Assembly: GCA_965178125.1 (NCBI GenBank)
Contig: OZ237756.1
Coordinates: 558,001-622,000, forward strand
From: Bilabrum cf. latius
Lineage: Eukaryota
Direction of reading: 5' to 3'
DNA: 64,000 nt
In this document: positions 13,601 through 25,385 of the stretch, piece by piece
Numbering within the stretch: the first letter of the stretch is position 1
How the letters are laid out: every line of letters starts with the position of its first letter
Translations under genes and position numbers: made by a program
Notes under the pieces: generated by a model
Database searches by the model: none
The model's input: the letters and a program-made list of their open reading frames with translations, nothing else
What the model was told of the DNA's origin: nothing

Positions 13601-14843
13601 GGTGCAGAGCCACGTGGGCCTGGGCGGCCGCGCCTGGGTGGGTGGCACGAGACCTGGCGACGGGGGCTTCTGGCTGGGCGACGGTCGCACTCGTCACACC
13701 TGGGAAGAGGACCCGACCCAGCCGCTGAGTGAGAGCCGAAAGACGCGCGCGTCGCGGCGCGCGCTGCTGAACCGACTCGGAGCCGACGGTGCCATCGAGT
13801 GCTATTACGTCCTGGAGTCGACGCATGCCTTCGTCGACGTGCGGGGAATGTTCTCCACGAACCTTCCCGGCTTCGAGATCCTGAATGTGACGACTAAGGA
13901 CGGCGGGATCCGGGCCTCCGAGATTATGGGGGCGGTGGAGGTGGACGACTACGAGGGCGAAACCACGATGAACGTTCGCTCGGAAACGGGTCGGATCTCG
14001 ATCCAGCGGGCGGTGCTACCCGGCATCGTCGTGAAGAGTGGGGGCCCTGTCAGCTGTTCCTCGTGCATTTCCGGTTCCGTGGATGCGACCAACACCGATG
14101 CTGCGCTGCCTGCGACCATCATGGGACACGTGCTTGTGGAGGGGACGGGCGACGGGGAGCGGGTCGTGGTTTCCCGCGCCCTCGCCGGCTTCAACATCGA
14201 GGTGAAGTCGGCTGGAGACCTTATCGTATCCAACAGCGCGGCTGGCCCTGCCCTGGGGCTGTCCTTGTCGTCGAGGGGCGACATGGTGCTTTCCAGCCTG
14301 CTCATGGCATCGGGAAATCAGACCGACCTGGACGTGCGGGGAAATAGTTTCTCCGCATCCGCCGTGTTCTCCAACCGCATCAAGCTCCACGCCGACAGCG
14401 CGAGCCTATCCATCGCTGAGGCCTTCATCGGCGTGGCCACCCCCACCGGCGAGCTGGCCGACAGCTTCAAGCCTAAGATCACGCCTACTGCGGGATTCAA
14501 CTACTCCTTGCCGGCCGTGGATCTCAAGACGAACAAGGGCAAGCTGAGTCTCATCGGACTGGGGGCAGCACCCGCTGACGCGGACCTGCACTTCGACGCC
14601 AACATGCAGGTGGACTTGGAGACGAACAAGGGGGCGCTCAAGGTGGAGGTGAACGGAGGGGGGTACACGGGAAATTACACGTGCTCCAGCTCGGGCCGCA
14701 TTACCGTTGAGATTGAGGAACAGGCTGCCCCCAGCAGTGGGGTCATCGGGGACCCCCCGAATGTCCCCACGGTGGGGCGGCTGAGGTTAGAGAGCACAAA
14801 GGGGGGGGCCATCGACCTCGCTGTGCTTGACCCCTCCTTCTGA
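10699..14843 (+). CDS. Large membrane protein: N-terminal multi-pass region plus C-terminal beta-rich adhesin-like region; join(10699..11007,11244..14843)
   Basis: Several hydrophobic helices. A phase-0 intron GTAAGC(11008)..CAG(11243) joins IPK|AKEYL. ORFs 11133, 11742 and 12351 are co-framed and separated by TAG; stop TGA at 14841-14843. Repetitive beta-strand motifs such as DLKTNKGKL and DLETNKGAL. Confidence 0.65.
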
Positions 14844-16009
14844 TCGGATCGGATCGGATCGTAACGGTGACGGTGACGGGATGGATGGTGGGAAGAATCG
14901 GACCCGGAATCGGAACTGGACCAGATTGGAGGATCGGATCATTGGCGGCAGTGGATGGGGCGCTGTCTTGTTGCAGGGACATCAGCAGCTGGGTTGTTGT
15001 GGTGGTGATGCCGAGTGTGTGGAGAGAAGCGAAACGAGGGGGTGAGGGAGAAAGGGGGGGTGCTGTTGCAGGTTGTTGCCTGCCTGCCACAGCTGTGGGG
15101 TGCTGCCCTAGGTCTATGTGTGCCTAGTGCTGTAGCGTGACGCTAGTGCACTGTGCCTTTGCCCCGAAGCCGCGGCAGGTGCTGGAGGGAGGGAGGGAGG
15201 CCACAGGTGCGGAGGGGCAGCTGTGTCCCGTGCCGTTGGGGCGATCGGCGATTTGGACGAGTATCCCAGTCGCGAGCTAGCTTGCAAATGGCTGGGCAGA
15301 TGAGGGCGGGAAGGAGGAGATGATTTTTTGGTGTGGTGAGCAGAGCACGAGGCCGTGCGTGAGACTCGAGGAGGAGGAGGAGGAGGTGTTTTTCTGTTGG
15401 GAGAGGTGCGCGGCATGCCGATTTGGGCGGATAGTCCCGACTCGGGGAGCGTGCGCCCCACTCTAGCTTGGTTTCATGCACTTCAAATTTTATGCGTTGT
15501 TTATTATTTAACTGTGGCCAGCATCCGGGTCATTTCGCTCCCGTTGGCAATCCAAGGCGGTTGCACTGGGCGCCGCGGGATCGCTGTGCTGCCAGCGGAA
15601 CCAACGGACCGCAATCGTCGCGCCCGTGCACTGTGCTGGCGGGGCGCGATAGAACCGATCCGTGATCGGGGATGTAGCACAGGTATCGGATTCCAAGCAG
15701 CAGCAGCAGCACGCTGCAGACCCAAGGAGCTGGCAAAGAGGCTGAGGCCGGGCAGGCTAGCTGGCGGGTTGGGGAGCGAGCACCACGTAGTCTAGTCGAT
15801 GGGACGGGACGGGAGGTAGCAAAGGGCCGCTGGAGGCAGCCAGGTTGGGGACTCAGTGTGCGTAACGCTGCGTTGCCAGCTATTCAACTTATAGGTGGCC
15901 TTGGATGGGGTATCACACCCATACATTTCGAAAGGCGCTCGGCGATCGCTTGAGGGAGCAGGGTTCCGGATTTGCCACCAGAACGAGCCATGCACGGGCA
16001 CTGCGAATC

Positions 16010-16876
16010 ATGCCGTGCAAGCTATGCGGGCAATCAGGCCACAACCGACGGTCATGCCCATCTTCTATCACAAGTACATCCACTCAAGTGATCGCAATCG
16101 ATGAAAATGCCCCCATCCTCAGCAAAGACGGCCTGCTGCTAGCATCAGCTGCAGCCAGCGAACCTGCCCCCGTCGCAGGGACGAAGCGCGCCCGCAAGCC
16201 GACCACGTGCTCCATATGCAATCAACAAGGCCACAACAAGCGACCATGTCCCCGGAAGCGAGACATTGAAAACGGAATGCTCCCAGATGCGGCCGATCCG
16301 CCAGACGCGCCAACTGCAACTAGTGGCGCGACAGAATCGCCAGCTATATCAGGCATTGGAGGCCCATTGATCGACCTGTCGAGTGATTCGGATGGATCTC
16401 CAGTGGCAAAGAAGGCGCGATCTGGTGCGCTGGCCGAGCATGCCGCGGAGAGCAAGGCTGTTGCCGCTTTTTCGAGCAAGCGAGCACCAACGGTCGGGGA
16501 GGCAAAATGCACGTCGTCATTATCCGGTGCCGCTGCAGGTATGGCTATCGGCCTTAATGTGTCTAAGAAGTCCAAGGTGTGGCCGCATCCCAAGAAAAGG
16601 AGCAAGAAGCCAGGCAAGAAGGCCGGCACAGCGACCGCAGCAGAGCTTGCGACCAAGACCACTGGCACCGGCAACCAGCCCTCTGGCAAGGCCAAGGCGA
16701 GCAGCGCAAGCACGGCCACGCCCAAAGTCAAAAAGGCGATACAACTGCCTTCATTTATGATTGAACGTCCGCCGCCCTCCCCCAAGCATAAGCCCAAGCC
16801 AAAGCCCAAGCCAAAGAAGAGTGGATCGACGATTGGAAACTGGCGAAGGGGCCCACCAAGCTGGTCCCGATGGTGA
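16010..16876 (+). CDS. CCHC zinc-knuckle protein, short paralog of 19598-23221
   Basis: Two CxxCxxxGHxxxxC motifs. The first ~490 nt are nearly identical to 19598 onward. Confidence 0.55.
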   Translation: MPCKLCGQSGHNRRSCPSSITSTSTQVIAIDENAPILSKDGLLLASAAASEPAPVAGTKRARKPTTCSICNQQGHNKRPCPRKRDIENGMLPDAADPPDAPTATSGATESPAISGIGGPLIDLSSDSDGSPVAKKARSGALAEHAAESKAVAAFSSKRAPTVGEAKCTSSLSGAAAGMAIGLNVSKKSKVWPHPKKRSKKPGKKAGTATAAELATKTTGTGNQPSGKAKASSASTATPKVKKAIQLPSFMIERPPPSPKHKPKPKPKPKKSGSTIGNWRRGPPSWSRW

Positions 16877-16988
16877 TGAGAAGCAGCTGCTCGCTGCCAC
16901 CGCAACACGGGATCTTCAATAGGATAGCCTGGTCTTCTCGTATTATCAACGATGACGCTTGTTCCATCGTATGGTCCAGAATGCTGGC

Positions 16989-17090
16989 GAGCGCAAGTCC
17001 TTGGATCGAGTTCAAGAAAAGAGCGCAAGTCCTTGGATCGAGTTCAAGAAAAGAGCGCAAGTCCTTGGATCGAGTTCAAGAAAAGAGCGC
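16989..17090. repeat. 32-bp tandem repeat, ~3 copies
   Basis: GAGCGCAAGTCCTTGGATCGAGTTCAAGAAAA at 16989, 17021 and 17053. Confidence 0.95.
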
Positions 17091-17217
17091 CGGTACTACT
17101 GCTATGCAGCTCTATGGACCTGCACGTGCTCCAGCTCAGGCCGTGTTGCCGTTGAGATGGGAGAACAGGCTGCCCCCAGCAATGGCGGTATCGGGGACCC
17201 CCGGATGTCCCCACAGT

Positions 17218-17855
17218 GGGGCAGCTGGGGCAGCCAGCGGAGAGCACACGTGGATGAGGGGCAGCTGGGGCAGCCAGCGGAGAGCACACGTGGATGAGGG
17301 GCAGCTGGGGCAGCCAGTGGAGAGCACACGTGGATGAGGGGCAGCTTGGGCAGCCAGTGGAGAGCACACGTGGATGAGGGGCAGCTGGGGCAGCCAGTGG
17401 AGAGCACACGTGGATGAGGGGCAGCTGGGGCAGCCAGTGGAGAGCACACGTGGATGAGGGGCAGCTGGGGCAGCCAGTGGAGAGCACACGTGGATGAGGG
17501 GCAGCTGGGGCAGCCAGCGGAGAGCACACGTGGATGAGGGGCAGCTGGGGCAGCCAGTGGAGAGCACACGTGGATGAGGGGCAGCTGGGGCAGCCAGTGG
17601 AGAGCACACGTGGATGAGGGGCAGCTGGGGCAGCCAGCGGAGAGCACACGTGGATGAGGGGCAGCTGGGGCAGCCAGTGGAGAGCACACGTGGATGAGGG
17701 GCAGCTGGGGCAGCCAGCGGAGAGCACACGTGGATGAGGGGCAGCTGGGGCAGCCAGTGGAGAGCACACGTGGATGAGGGGCAGCTGGGGCAGCCAGTGG
17801 AGAGCACACGTGGATGAGGGGCAGCTGGGGCAGCCAGTGGAGAGCACACGTGGAT
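17218..17855. repeat. 40-bp minisatellite array 1 (~16 copies)
   Basis: Unit GGGGCAGCTGGGGCAGCCAGYGGAGAGCACACGTGGATGA. Confidence 0.97.
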
Positions 17856-17858
17856 TGA

Positions 17859-18465
17859 ACCTAGACTACAGATCAGATTTGTTCCTTCAACCACACCCAT
17901 TGGCTCATCTTCACGGCTGCTGCAAACTCCACTGGTTGGCAGTTACCAAAAAGAAAAATTCCTGCCCCCGGTCCCGCGGACCCACTGGGCTTCACCCCGA
18001 ACGACTGGTTCTTCACCGGTCCACCAGAATGCGGTATTCATCTGACACTACGAATGTACACACCACTTTCCCCATGCACCCGACTGGCCTCGTCGCCACA
18101 TGGCTTCCTGTTCCTGTTCCCCGCCCTAGGGACCGTGTGCTTTGCTCCCAGCATCGCCACCTTGGCCCTATCCTTTCAGCTTGCACGCGCCGGTCCTGGC
18201 CGACCTGCCGTGCGCCCCATCTGTCCACCCACCTGTTGGCCTTCTGCGTGCTGCTGGCCATGCAGTCCGCTGCCACCCGCGTCTCCCTCGTGCCTTGCAC
18301 CTGGAGCCCCCATTCCTCCCGTTGTGTTCTCCCTGTTGACACCGCACTGTCGTCGCCTGTGCCGGTGTCCCCCTCTTCTTCTCCACCTCCTGTCCTCCCG
18401 CCTCGTCTTCCGTCTCACCTCTGCTCCCCGTTGCTTCAATCCTGATGTCCGAGTACATATAACAG
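17859..18465. repeat. Dispersed ~600-bp repeat, copy 1
   Basis: Colinear and similar to 26784-27522, from ACCTAGACTACAGATCAGATTTG to TACATATAACAG. Confidence 0.9.
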
Positions 18466-19391
18466 AGGGGCAGCTAGGGCAGCCAGTGGAGAGCACACGT
18501 GGATGAGGGGCAGCTGGGGCAGCCAGTGGAGAGCACACGTGGATGAGGGGCAGCTGGGGCAGCCAGTGGAGAGCACACGTGGATGAGGGGCAGCTGGGGC
18601 AGCCAGCGGAGAGCACACGTGGATGAGGGGCAGCTGGGGCAGCCAGTGGAGAGCACACGTGGATGAGGGGCAGCTGGGGCAGCCAGTGGAGAGCACACGT
18701 GGATGAGGGGCAGCTGGGGCAGCCAGTGGAGAGCACACGTGGATGAGGGGCAGCTGGGGCAGCCAGTGGAGAGCACACGTGGATGAGGGGCAGCTGGGGC
18801 AGCCAGCGGAGAGCACACGTGGATGAGGGGCAGCTGGGGCAGCCAGCGGAGAGCACACGTGGATGAGGGGCAGCTGGGGCAGCCAGTGGAGAGCACACGT
18901 GGATGAGGGGCAGCTGGGGCAGCCAGCGGAGAGCACACGTGGATGAGGGGCAGCTGGGGCAGCCAGTGGAGAGCACACGTGGATGAGGGGCAGCTGGGGC
19001 AGCCAGCGGAGAGCACACGTGGATGAGGGGCAGCTGGGGCAGCCAGCGGAGAGCACACGTGGATGAGGGGCAGCTGGGGCAGCCAGTGGAGAGCACACGT
19101 GGATGAGGGGCAGCTGGGGCAGCCAGTGGAGAGCATACGTGGATGAGGGGCAGCTGGGGCAGCCAGCGGAGAGCACACGTGGATGAGGGGCAGCTGGGGC
19201 AGCCAGTGGAGAGCACACGTGGATGAGGGGCAGCTGGGGCAGCCAGCGGAGAGCACACGTGGATGAGGGGCAGCTGGGGCAGCCAGCGGAGAGCACACGT
19301 GGAGGAGGGGCAGCTGGGGCAGCCAGCGGAGAGCACACGTGGATGAGGGGCAGCTGGGGCAGCCAGCGGAGAGCACACGTGGATGAGGGGC
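18466..19391. repeat. 40-bp minisatellite array 2 (~23 copies)
   Basis: Same unit as 17218-17855. Confidence 0.97.
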
Positions 19392-19597
19392 ATGCTCTTA
19401 CTGGCGACCACAGCATAGCTACTATTGCACGGAGTACACAATTGGTTCCCATTAGTAGTATAGGCGCGAATAGTGATTCAAGGATAGCCAGACAGAATCG
19501 CCATGTAGATCTATAGACTACTTAATCCGGTATTTCCGGATTTGCCACCCCAACTCAAGAAGCCTCTTTTGTCCAGTACTCCCCACTCCTGCTATCG

Positions 19598-22500
19598 ATG
19601 CCGTGCAAGCTGTGCGGACAATCAGGCCACAACCGACGGTCATGCCCATCCTCTAGCACAAGTACATCCACTCAAGTGATCGCAATCGATGAAAATGCCC
19701 CCATCCTCAGCAAAGATGGCCTGCTGCTAGCATCAGCTGCAGCCAGCGAACCTGCCCCCGTCGCAGGGACGAAGCGCGCCCGCAAGCCGACCACGTGCTC
19801 CATATGCAATCAACAAGGCCACAACAAGCGATCATGTCCCCGGAAGCGAGACATTGAAAACGGAATGCTCCCAGATGCGGCCGATCCGCCAGACGCGCCA
19901 ACTGCAACCAGTGGCGCGACAGAATCGCCAGCTATGTCAGGCATTGGAGGCCCATTGATCGACCTGTCGAGTGATTCGGATGGATCTCCAGTGGTAAAGA
20001 AGGCGCGATCTGGTGCGCTGGCCGAGCATGCCGCGGAGAGCAAGGCTGTTGCCTCTTTTTCGAGCAAGCGAGCACCAACGGTCGGGAAGGCAGATGCGTC
20101 CTCCGACGGCACTGCCGCGCGCAACAGCGGCTGCATCACAGCAGCATCCGCAGCAGATGGCTCAACAGTAACGAAAAAGTCCAAGGTATGGCCACATCCC
20201 AAGAAAAGGAGCAAGAAGCCAGGCAAGAAGGCCCGCACAGCGACCGCAGCAGAGCTTGCGACCAAGACCACTGGCAGCCAGCCCGAGGCGAGCACCACCA
20301 GCACTGACAGCACGGCTGCCGCGTCCAAAACGAACACATCGAACAAGAGCACGGCCCGCAAGTTTGCAATGCCGCTGTCGGCTCTGAGGCGGTGCGGCGC
20401 CGCAGCCTCCAAGACGACCCCGAGCAAGTCCAAGGCAACGAACACGAAGAAGAAGAACCAAAGGACCAAGGTCGATGCAGCTGCCAATGACAGCGATGAG
20501 GACGAGGCGGAGCCCCTTGCCGCCTCTGGTAAAGCTTTGGCTCGGCGTACTGGTCGCAAAGCACCCGCCTGTTCCTACTGCAAGCAGCCAGGCCACACGC
20601 GGCGCACATGCCCAACCCAGCTGGCTGACAAGCGCAGGGTCCGGGACCGAATCCGGCAGGAGGCCAAGGAGGCAGCCAAGTCGGACGATATCGAAAAAAT
20701 AAAAGCCATCGTGTCCTCCGGGAATGGATCCCCGGAGAGCATGGCGAGCCACGTGTACGAAGAGGAAATCGAAGAGAGCGTCAAGCCGCACGGCCCGTTC
20801 CGCAACCACTTCTGCACGTACACCTCGGGCTCTACAGGAACCGGCACGGAAGATCCTCGGCTGCACCCCCGGCTGGCATACATCGCGTTCCTGAACGACT
20901 CCGAGCAGGTGCTTCGGTGGGCACTAGAGGCCGAGGAAACGGAGAGTGGTGGTCGGTGCAGGTACTCGTCACAGTGCCAGGCAGGCGTGCTCCTGCAGTG
21001 GGCCGCGTATCTCGGTGACGAATCCAAGCTGGCCATGGTGCTTCGCGCCCTCCCTGGGGCCGGGGCAGATGCAGAGGCAGGGGCAGGGGCAGGGGCAGAT
21101 GCAGGGGCAGGGGCAGATGCAGAGCCAGAGGCAGGGGCAGATGCTGAGGATGGAGGCAGGGACATGGACGGCACTGGGTTGGTAGGCGCTGGGGCAGCCT
21201 CTGGTGCCGGGGAGTCCGTTGCTTGTTCCCTGAGGCACAAGGACGACCTGCAGTCCGCCCTGCTTGTTGCAGCCAGAGAACACATGAGTGAGGTGAGAGA
21301 CTCGGAGTGGAAACGCGTAGGCGAGCAGAGCGACGGAGACGAGGAGGAGGAGGACGAAGAGGAGCTTGACATTGACTCTGCAGATGGTGAAGATGAAGAG
21401 AGGGACAACGACAGCGTGGACTCCCGCAGCAACGGGCCGAGCCTCAGCCGAGCCTGCCGGCCTTCGCCACGGAGCCGGGAGCTGCCCTGGGGCGATTTTC
21501 CCGCGGTCATTCGGCTGCTGCTCAGGGCCGGCGCAAGGGCCGATTTCGACATTCTCAAGGCCGGCTGCCAGCAGCCCAGCGGGAGAGCCCTGGGATCCCT
21601 CCTGGATGTGTGCCGTGTTCCCCAGGAGCAGCTCAGGGCCTTGTGCCTGTGGGGCGGGGGCGAGGAGGAGCAGGGGGCCTGGGAGCGGGATGGCGAATGC
21701 CCGAGCAAGTACGATTCGTGGGAACACGACAATGACGACGAGGACGAGGATGACGATGACGACGAGGACGAGGATGACGAGGATGAGGAGATTGAAGGCA
21801 AGGGGAACAAGGGAAGTGGCGCTGCAGGGTGTGACGAGTGCGTCCGTTCCATACACCGCGCGCTGCCCACCATCGCGGCGGTATCGCGAGGCCCCCTCAA
21901 AGAACTGCTGGAAAAGTCGGGGCTCGTGACGAGTGAATCCAGCGCCGAAGCTCCGGTCAGTGCCTCGGGCATCATGGAGGGGGATGATGAAGAAGGTGAT
22001 ACGGCAGAGAAGAAGAGGAGGAGGAGGAGGCACCAGCTGGAGCTCACGCTCTACCTGGCAGCCAGTGCAGGAGACGCCATCGCCTGCAGGGAAATGCTCA
22101 AGTGTGGAGCCGCAGTGCCGTGCACCCAGGCGGGCAGGGAGGCACTCCTCCAGGCGATTCTCTGGAGCAAGCGCAGCACCGGTGCCCTGCTTGAGGTGCT
22201 GCTCCCTGCCCTGCTTGAGGCGGAGCGGGCTGGGGAACAAGCAGGGGTAGAGCGGGCTGGGGAACAAGCAGACGCAGCATCATCTCCATCTTCACCTTCA
22301 TCTCCAGCAATGCCAAGCAGCAACAGCTGCAGCAGCTCTGGTGGTGGCGGTGGTGAAGACGAGGACGAGGACGGTCCCCCCACGGGCCTGCGGGGGTGGA
22401 TGACCTGCAGGGGGAACAGGAGGCCATACCACGACAGCAGGCACAGCAACCCGAGGTACGAGGGATGCAGCGGATCACTACTGGTCGAAGACCACGGGTC

Positions 22501-23221
22501 TGCCGATCAGACGTATTGCACTGCGCTGCAGATCCTCGCGTACCGAGCGGAGAAGTACGAGAGCAGGCACGGCATGCAGTTTCTCCTGGACGCGGGTGCC
22601 GATCCCAACCTGAAGCTGCCCGACGGCTCCACGCTCCTGCACCTGCTAGGCACGAGCAGGCCTGAATACGCCGGGGAAACGTTCCACAGGGGCGGCTGGA
22701 GGCCTCGGCACTACCCGCACAGCGATCCTGCGGAGAAATACGCCGAGTCCGCGCGACTTGCGGAACTTCTTCTGGAGCGCGGCGCCAACGGACGGACCTA
22801 CAACGGCAAGCGGGTGGGTCCGTTGCTCCACGCTGCAAAGCACGGAGTGGTTCACGTGGTGGCATGTCTGCTCTTCCATGGTGTGGACCCGCGGGCGCAG
22901 GCGTGGGGCCCTCGCCGGCCTTTGTACACGGAAAAGCAGCTGGTGGGCATCTACGATGATCCGCCGCAGCGGCAGTACGACATGCAGCAAGCCATGCAGC
23001 TGGCTGACAAGGGCAAGAGCAACAGGGAGATTCTGAAGAAGCTCTTTGAAGTGAACGAGAGGAACTGGATGTGGGGCGCGGGGAGGTATCGGCCCAAGTA
23101 CTTGGCGGCAGGGGGCAAGAGGGCGAAGGGGAAGGGTGGAAGCAAGGTGGGAGCCGATGCCGGGACCAAGGGGAAGGGAAAGGCAGAGGGGAAGGGGGCT
23201 GCGAGGGGCGGTGCGGTGTGA
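19598..23221 (+). CDS. CCHC zinc-knuckle and ankyrin-repeat protein (1207 aa)
   Basis: Three CxxCxxxGHxxxxC motifs, acidic tracts, and ankyrin motifs (LLDAGADPN...GSTLLH, LLERGAN, PLLHAAKHG). Confidence 0.8.
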   Translation: MPCKLCGQSGHNRRSCPSSSTSTSTQVIAIDENAPILSKDGLLLASAAASEPAPVAGTKRARKPTTCSICNQQGHNKRSCPRKRDIENGMLPDAADPPDAPTATSGATESPAMSGIGGPLIDLSSDSDGSPVVKKARSGALAEHAAESKAVASFSSKRAPTVGKADASSDGTAARNSGCITAASAADGSTVTKKSKVWPHPKKRSKKPGKKARTATAAELATKTTGSQPEASTTSTDSTAAASKTNTSNKSTARKFAMPLSALRRCGAAASKTTPSKSKATNTKKKNQRTKVDAAANDSDEDEAEPLAASGKALARRTGRKAPACSYCKQPGHTRRTCPTQLADKRRVRDRIRQEAKEAAKSDDIEKIKAIVSSGNGSPESMASHVYEEEIEESVKPHGPFRNHFCTYTSGSTGTGTEDPRLHPRLAYIAFLNDSEQVLRWALEAEETESGGRCRYSSQCQAGVLLQWAAYLGDESKLAMVLRALPGAGADAEAGAGAGADAGAGADAEPEAGADAEDGGRDMDGTGLVGAGAASGAGESVACSLRHKDDLQSALLVAAREHMSEVRDSEWKRVGEQSDGDEEEEDEEELDIDSADGEDEERDNDSVDSRSNGPSLSRACRPSPRSRELPWGDFPAVIRLLLRAGARADFDILKAGCQQPSGRALGSLLDVCRVPQEQLRALCLWGGGEEEQGAWERDGECPSKYDSWEHDNDDEDEDDDDDEDEDDEDEEIEGKGNKGSGAAGCDECVRSIHRALPTIAAVSRGPLKELLEKSGLVTSESSAEAPVSASGIMEGDDEEGDTAEKKRRRRRHQLELTLYLAASAGDAIACREMLKCGAAVPCTQAGREALLQAILWSKRSTGALLEVLLPALLEAERAGEQAGVERAGEQADAASSPSSPSSPAMPSSNSCSSSGGGGGEDEDEDGPPTGLRGWMTCRGNRRPYHDSRHSNPRYEGCSGSLLVEDHGSADQTYCTALQILAYRAEKYESRHGMQFLLDAGADPNLKLPDGSTLLHLLGTSRPEYAGETFHRGGWRPRHYPHSDPAEKYAESARLAELLLERGANGRTYNGKRVGPLLHAAKHGVVHVVACLLFHGVDPRAQAWGPRRPLYTEKQLVGIYDDPPQRQYDMQQAMQLADKGKSNREILKKLFEVNERNWMWGAGRYRPKYLAAGGKRAKGKGGSKVGADAGTKGKGKAEGKGAARGGAV

Positions 23222-23455
23222 TGAGTGCGAGCGAATTCAGACTGCACTGCGCTGGAAGCCAGACCAGAGCGCCTGCTCGTGTGCTGCGCGCAGATTTCTG
23301 CGGGTGAAGATGCCACGCGTGAATCTATCGTTTTGATTTTATATACCTTGCTTTGCTGTTCTAAAATGCGATTCGTAAAACTCTTCATTCTTGCTTTGCA
23401 TACAGGCCACCGCCACGCTGCCACGGCAAACCCCTCACTCGTCACACCGCCAAGC

Positions 23456-24328
23456 TCAGAGCACCGACGCCCTCTCGGTGCGCGCCCCCACCACCCCATG
23501 ACCCCCTGCCCACATCGGTGCCCGCCTACCCGCCAAACCGGAACTCCACGCCGCCGGCACGGACAGAGCAGCGGCCCCGCCGGCCGATGATGCAGCTGCT
23601 GGTGCTGCTGCTGCGGCTGCGGCCCGGCTCCAAACCACCTGCCCGGCCCTTGAGTCCGCCGTGGAGGAGGAGGAGGAGGAGGAGGCGGAAGACAGCCAGG
23701 CCTGCCCCGAGATTGCGCCATTTCCGCTCCGAGTCGGCCTGCCGGGAGTGGCGGGCGCTGGAGCAAGCGCCCGCTGAGTGAACAGGCCAAACGAAGGCAA
23801 GACGCCGGCAGCAGACGCTGGCGCAGGCGCGGACAGGGACAGCGCTGCCGCGGACTATGAAACTGCAGACGTGTGGAATCCCTCTGCTCGCTCTCTTCTG
23901 ATTTTCTTTGGGATGTGCTGCACGGTGGACGGCCGGATGGGTGGCGGAGGTAGCAGGCCCGATCGCCAGAGCAGGGTTGCCACACTGTCGGAAGGCTCGG
24001 CACCGTTTCCCATCCAATATTTCAGGCGGTCCACCTTGAGTCGGATTTCTTTGTACCCGTCTCGCTTGCTAGGAATAGGGTCGTAGGTCCCCAGCTGCAA
24101 AAGTAAGAAGGAATCAGCATTGCTTGAGTCTAGAAGTGTGCGCCAACGAGCACCTGATTGAGCCTTTTTGTCACATAATATATGAATCAACTGCGAAGCG
24201 GCCCTGCAGACTCTCACGTATTCAAGTGGCTTGCCGTCGCGCTTGGAGTAGACATCGGTGGCGACGACTCTGTAGAATGGTCTGTGGCGGCAACCAAAAC
24301 GGGCGAGCCGAATGCGAACTCTTCCCAT
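23456..24328 (-). CDS. rps16: Organellar (probably mitochondrial) ribosomal protein S16; exons 24328-24218 and 24094-23456
   Basis: VRIRLARFGCRHRPFYRVVATD...RDGKPLEY|LGTYDP...YWMGNGAEPSDSVATLL. 123-nt GT-AG intron. TAG at 23855 is read through to TGA at 23456. Confidence 0.88.
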
Positions 24329-25003
24329 GATTCACAATCTAATTGTTGCTTGGAATTCGTATCCCCACCGGGCCTGAAACCGAGCAATAATGCAAGTTCG
24401 TGAAAATCGGATTAGGCGCCCAAACTTCACTGCACAATTCACAGGCCAATTCTGGGCCGGTTAAAAGCATTTTACAGTATTTATCGGGGCCCGAACTGCT
24501 TCTGCAGCATCTTAATGGGTACTTTATGACATGATACCCACATTTGTTGAATTGACGGGCCATGCAAGCTGTACGAGACTCACGAAAGATATGCTTCACG
24601 GTGTAATTGGCGCATCTGTGGAAGTGTCTGGCTCGTGCCATGGCCGGCACCGCTTCGATTACCACCGGCATTCATTTTGAATAGCTCGATGACCTTTGGT
24701 CCAGCGCCAGAACGCCGTTAATGTATGCAATACTCGCTTGTGTTGGGGCAAGCGCTTTCTGCCCCCGGCGGGCAGTATGCCGTCCTGCTTGTTTCTGGGA
24801 GACGGATGCCCGGCTATCATGTACAAGGCAACAACCCTGATACAATGCATGGCGTATTAGCCTGGCAGCCAGAGTGTGATTCCTGCATGCCGATGGTGGA
24901 CGCGCTGGTTGTCGCCATCCAAACATTCTGCTGCTGCATCCAGGAGCTGCCAGTGGCTCTGGACGGATTCAGCCCGCCCAGAGCAAGCGATAGGCAGGAT
25001 AAT

Positions 25004-25385
25004 CTGCGGGGGGCCGTGAGGAGGACAAACACAGCATTCATCTGCATGCGGGGGGCCGTGAGGAGGACAACCCCAGCACACCTCTGCATGCGGGGGGCCG
25101 TGAGGAGGACAAACACAGCATTCATCTGCATGCGGGGGGCCGTGAGGAGGACAACCCCAGCACACCTCTGCATGCGAGGGGTCGTGAGGAGGACAACCCC
25201 AGCACACCTCTGGATGCGGGGGGCCGTGAGGAGGACTAACCCAGCACACCTCTGCATGCGGGGGGCCGTGAGGAGGACTAACCCAGCACACCTCTGCATG
25301 CGGGGGGCCGTGAGGAGGACAACCCCAGCACACCTCTGCATGCGGGGGGCCGTGAGGAGGACAACCCCAGCACACCTCTGCATGC
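25004..25385. repeat. 39/42-bp tandem repeat, ~9 copies
   Basis: Unit CTGCATGCGGGGGGCCGTGAGGAGGACAACCCCAGCACACCT and a shorter variant. Confidence 0.93.

Noticed and set aside
17044-19452. Repetitive minus-strand ORFs
   Set aside because: Artefacts of the 40-bp minisatellite.
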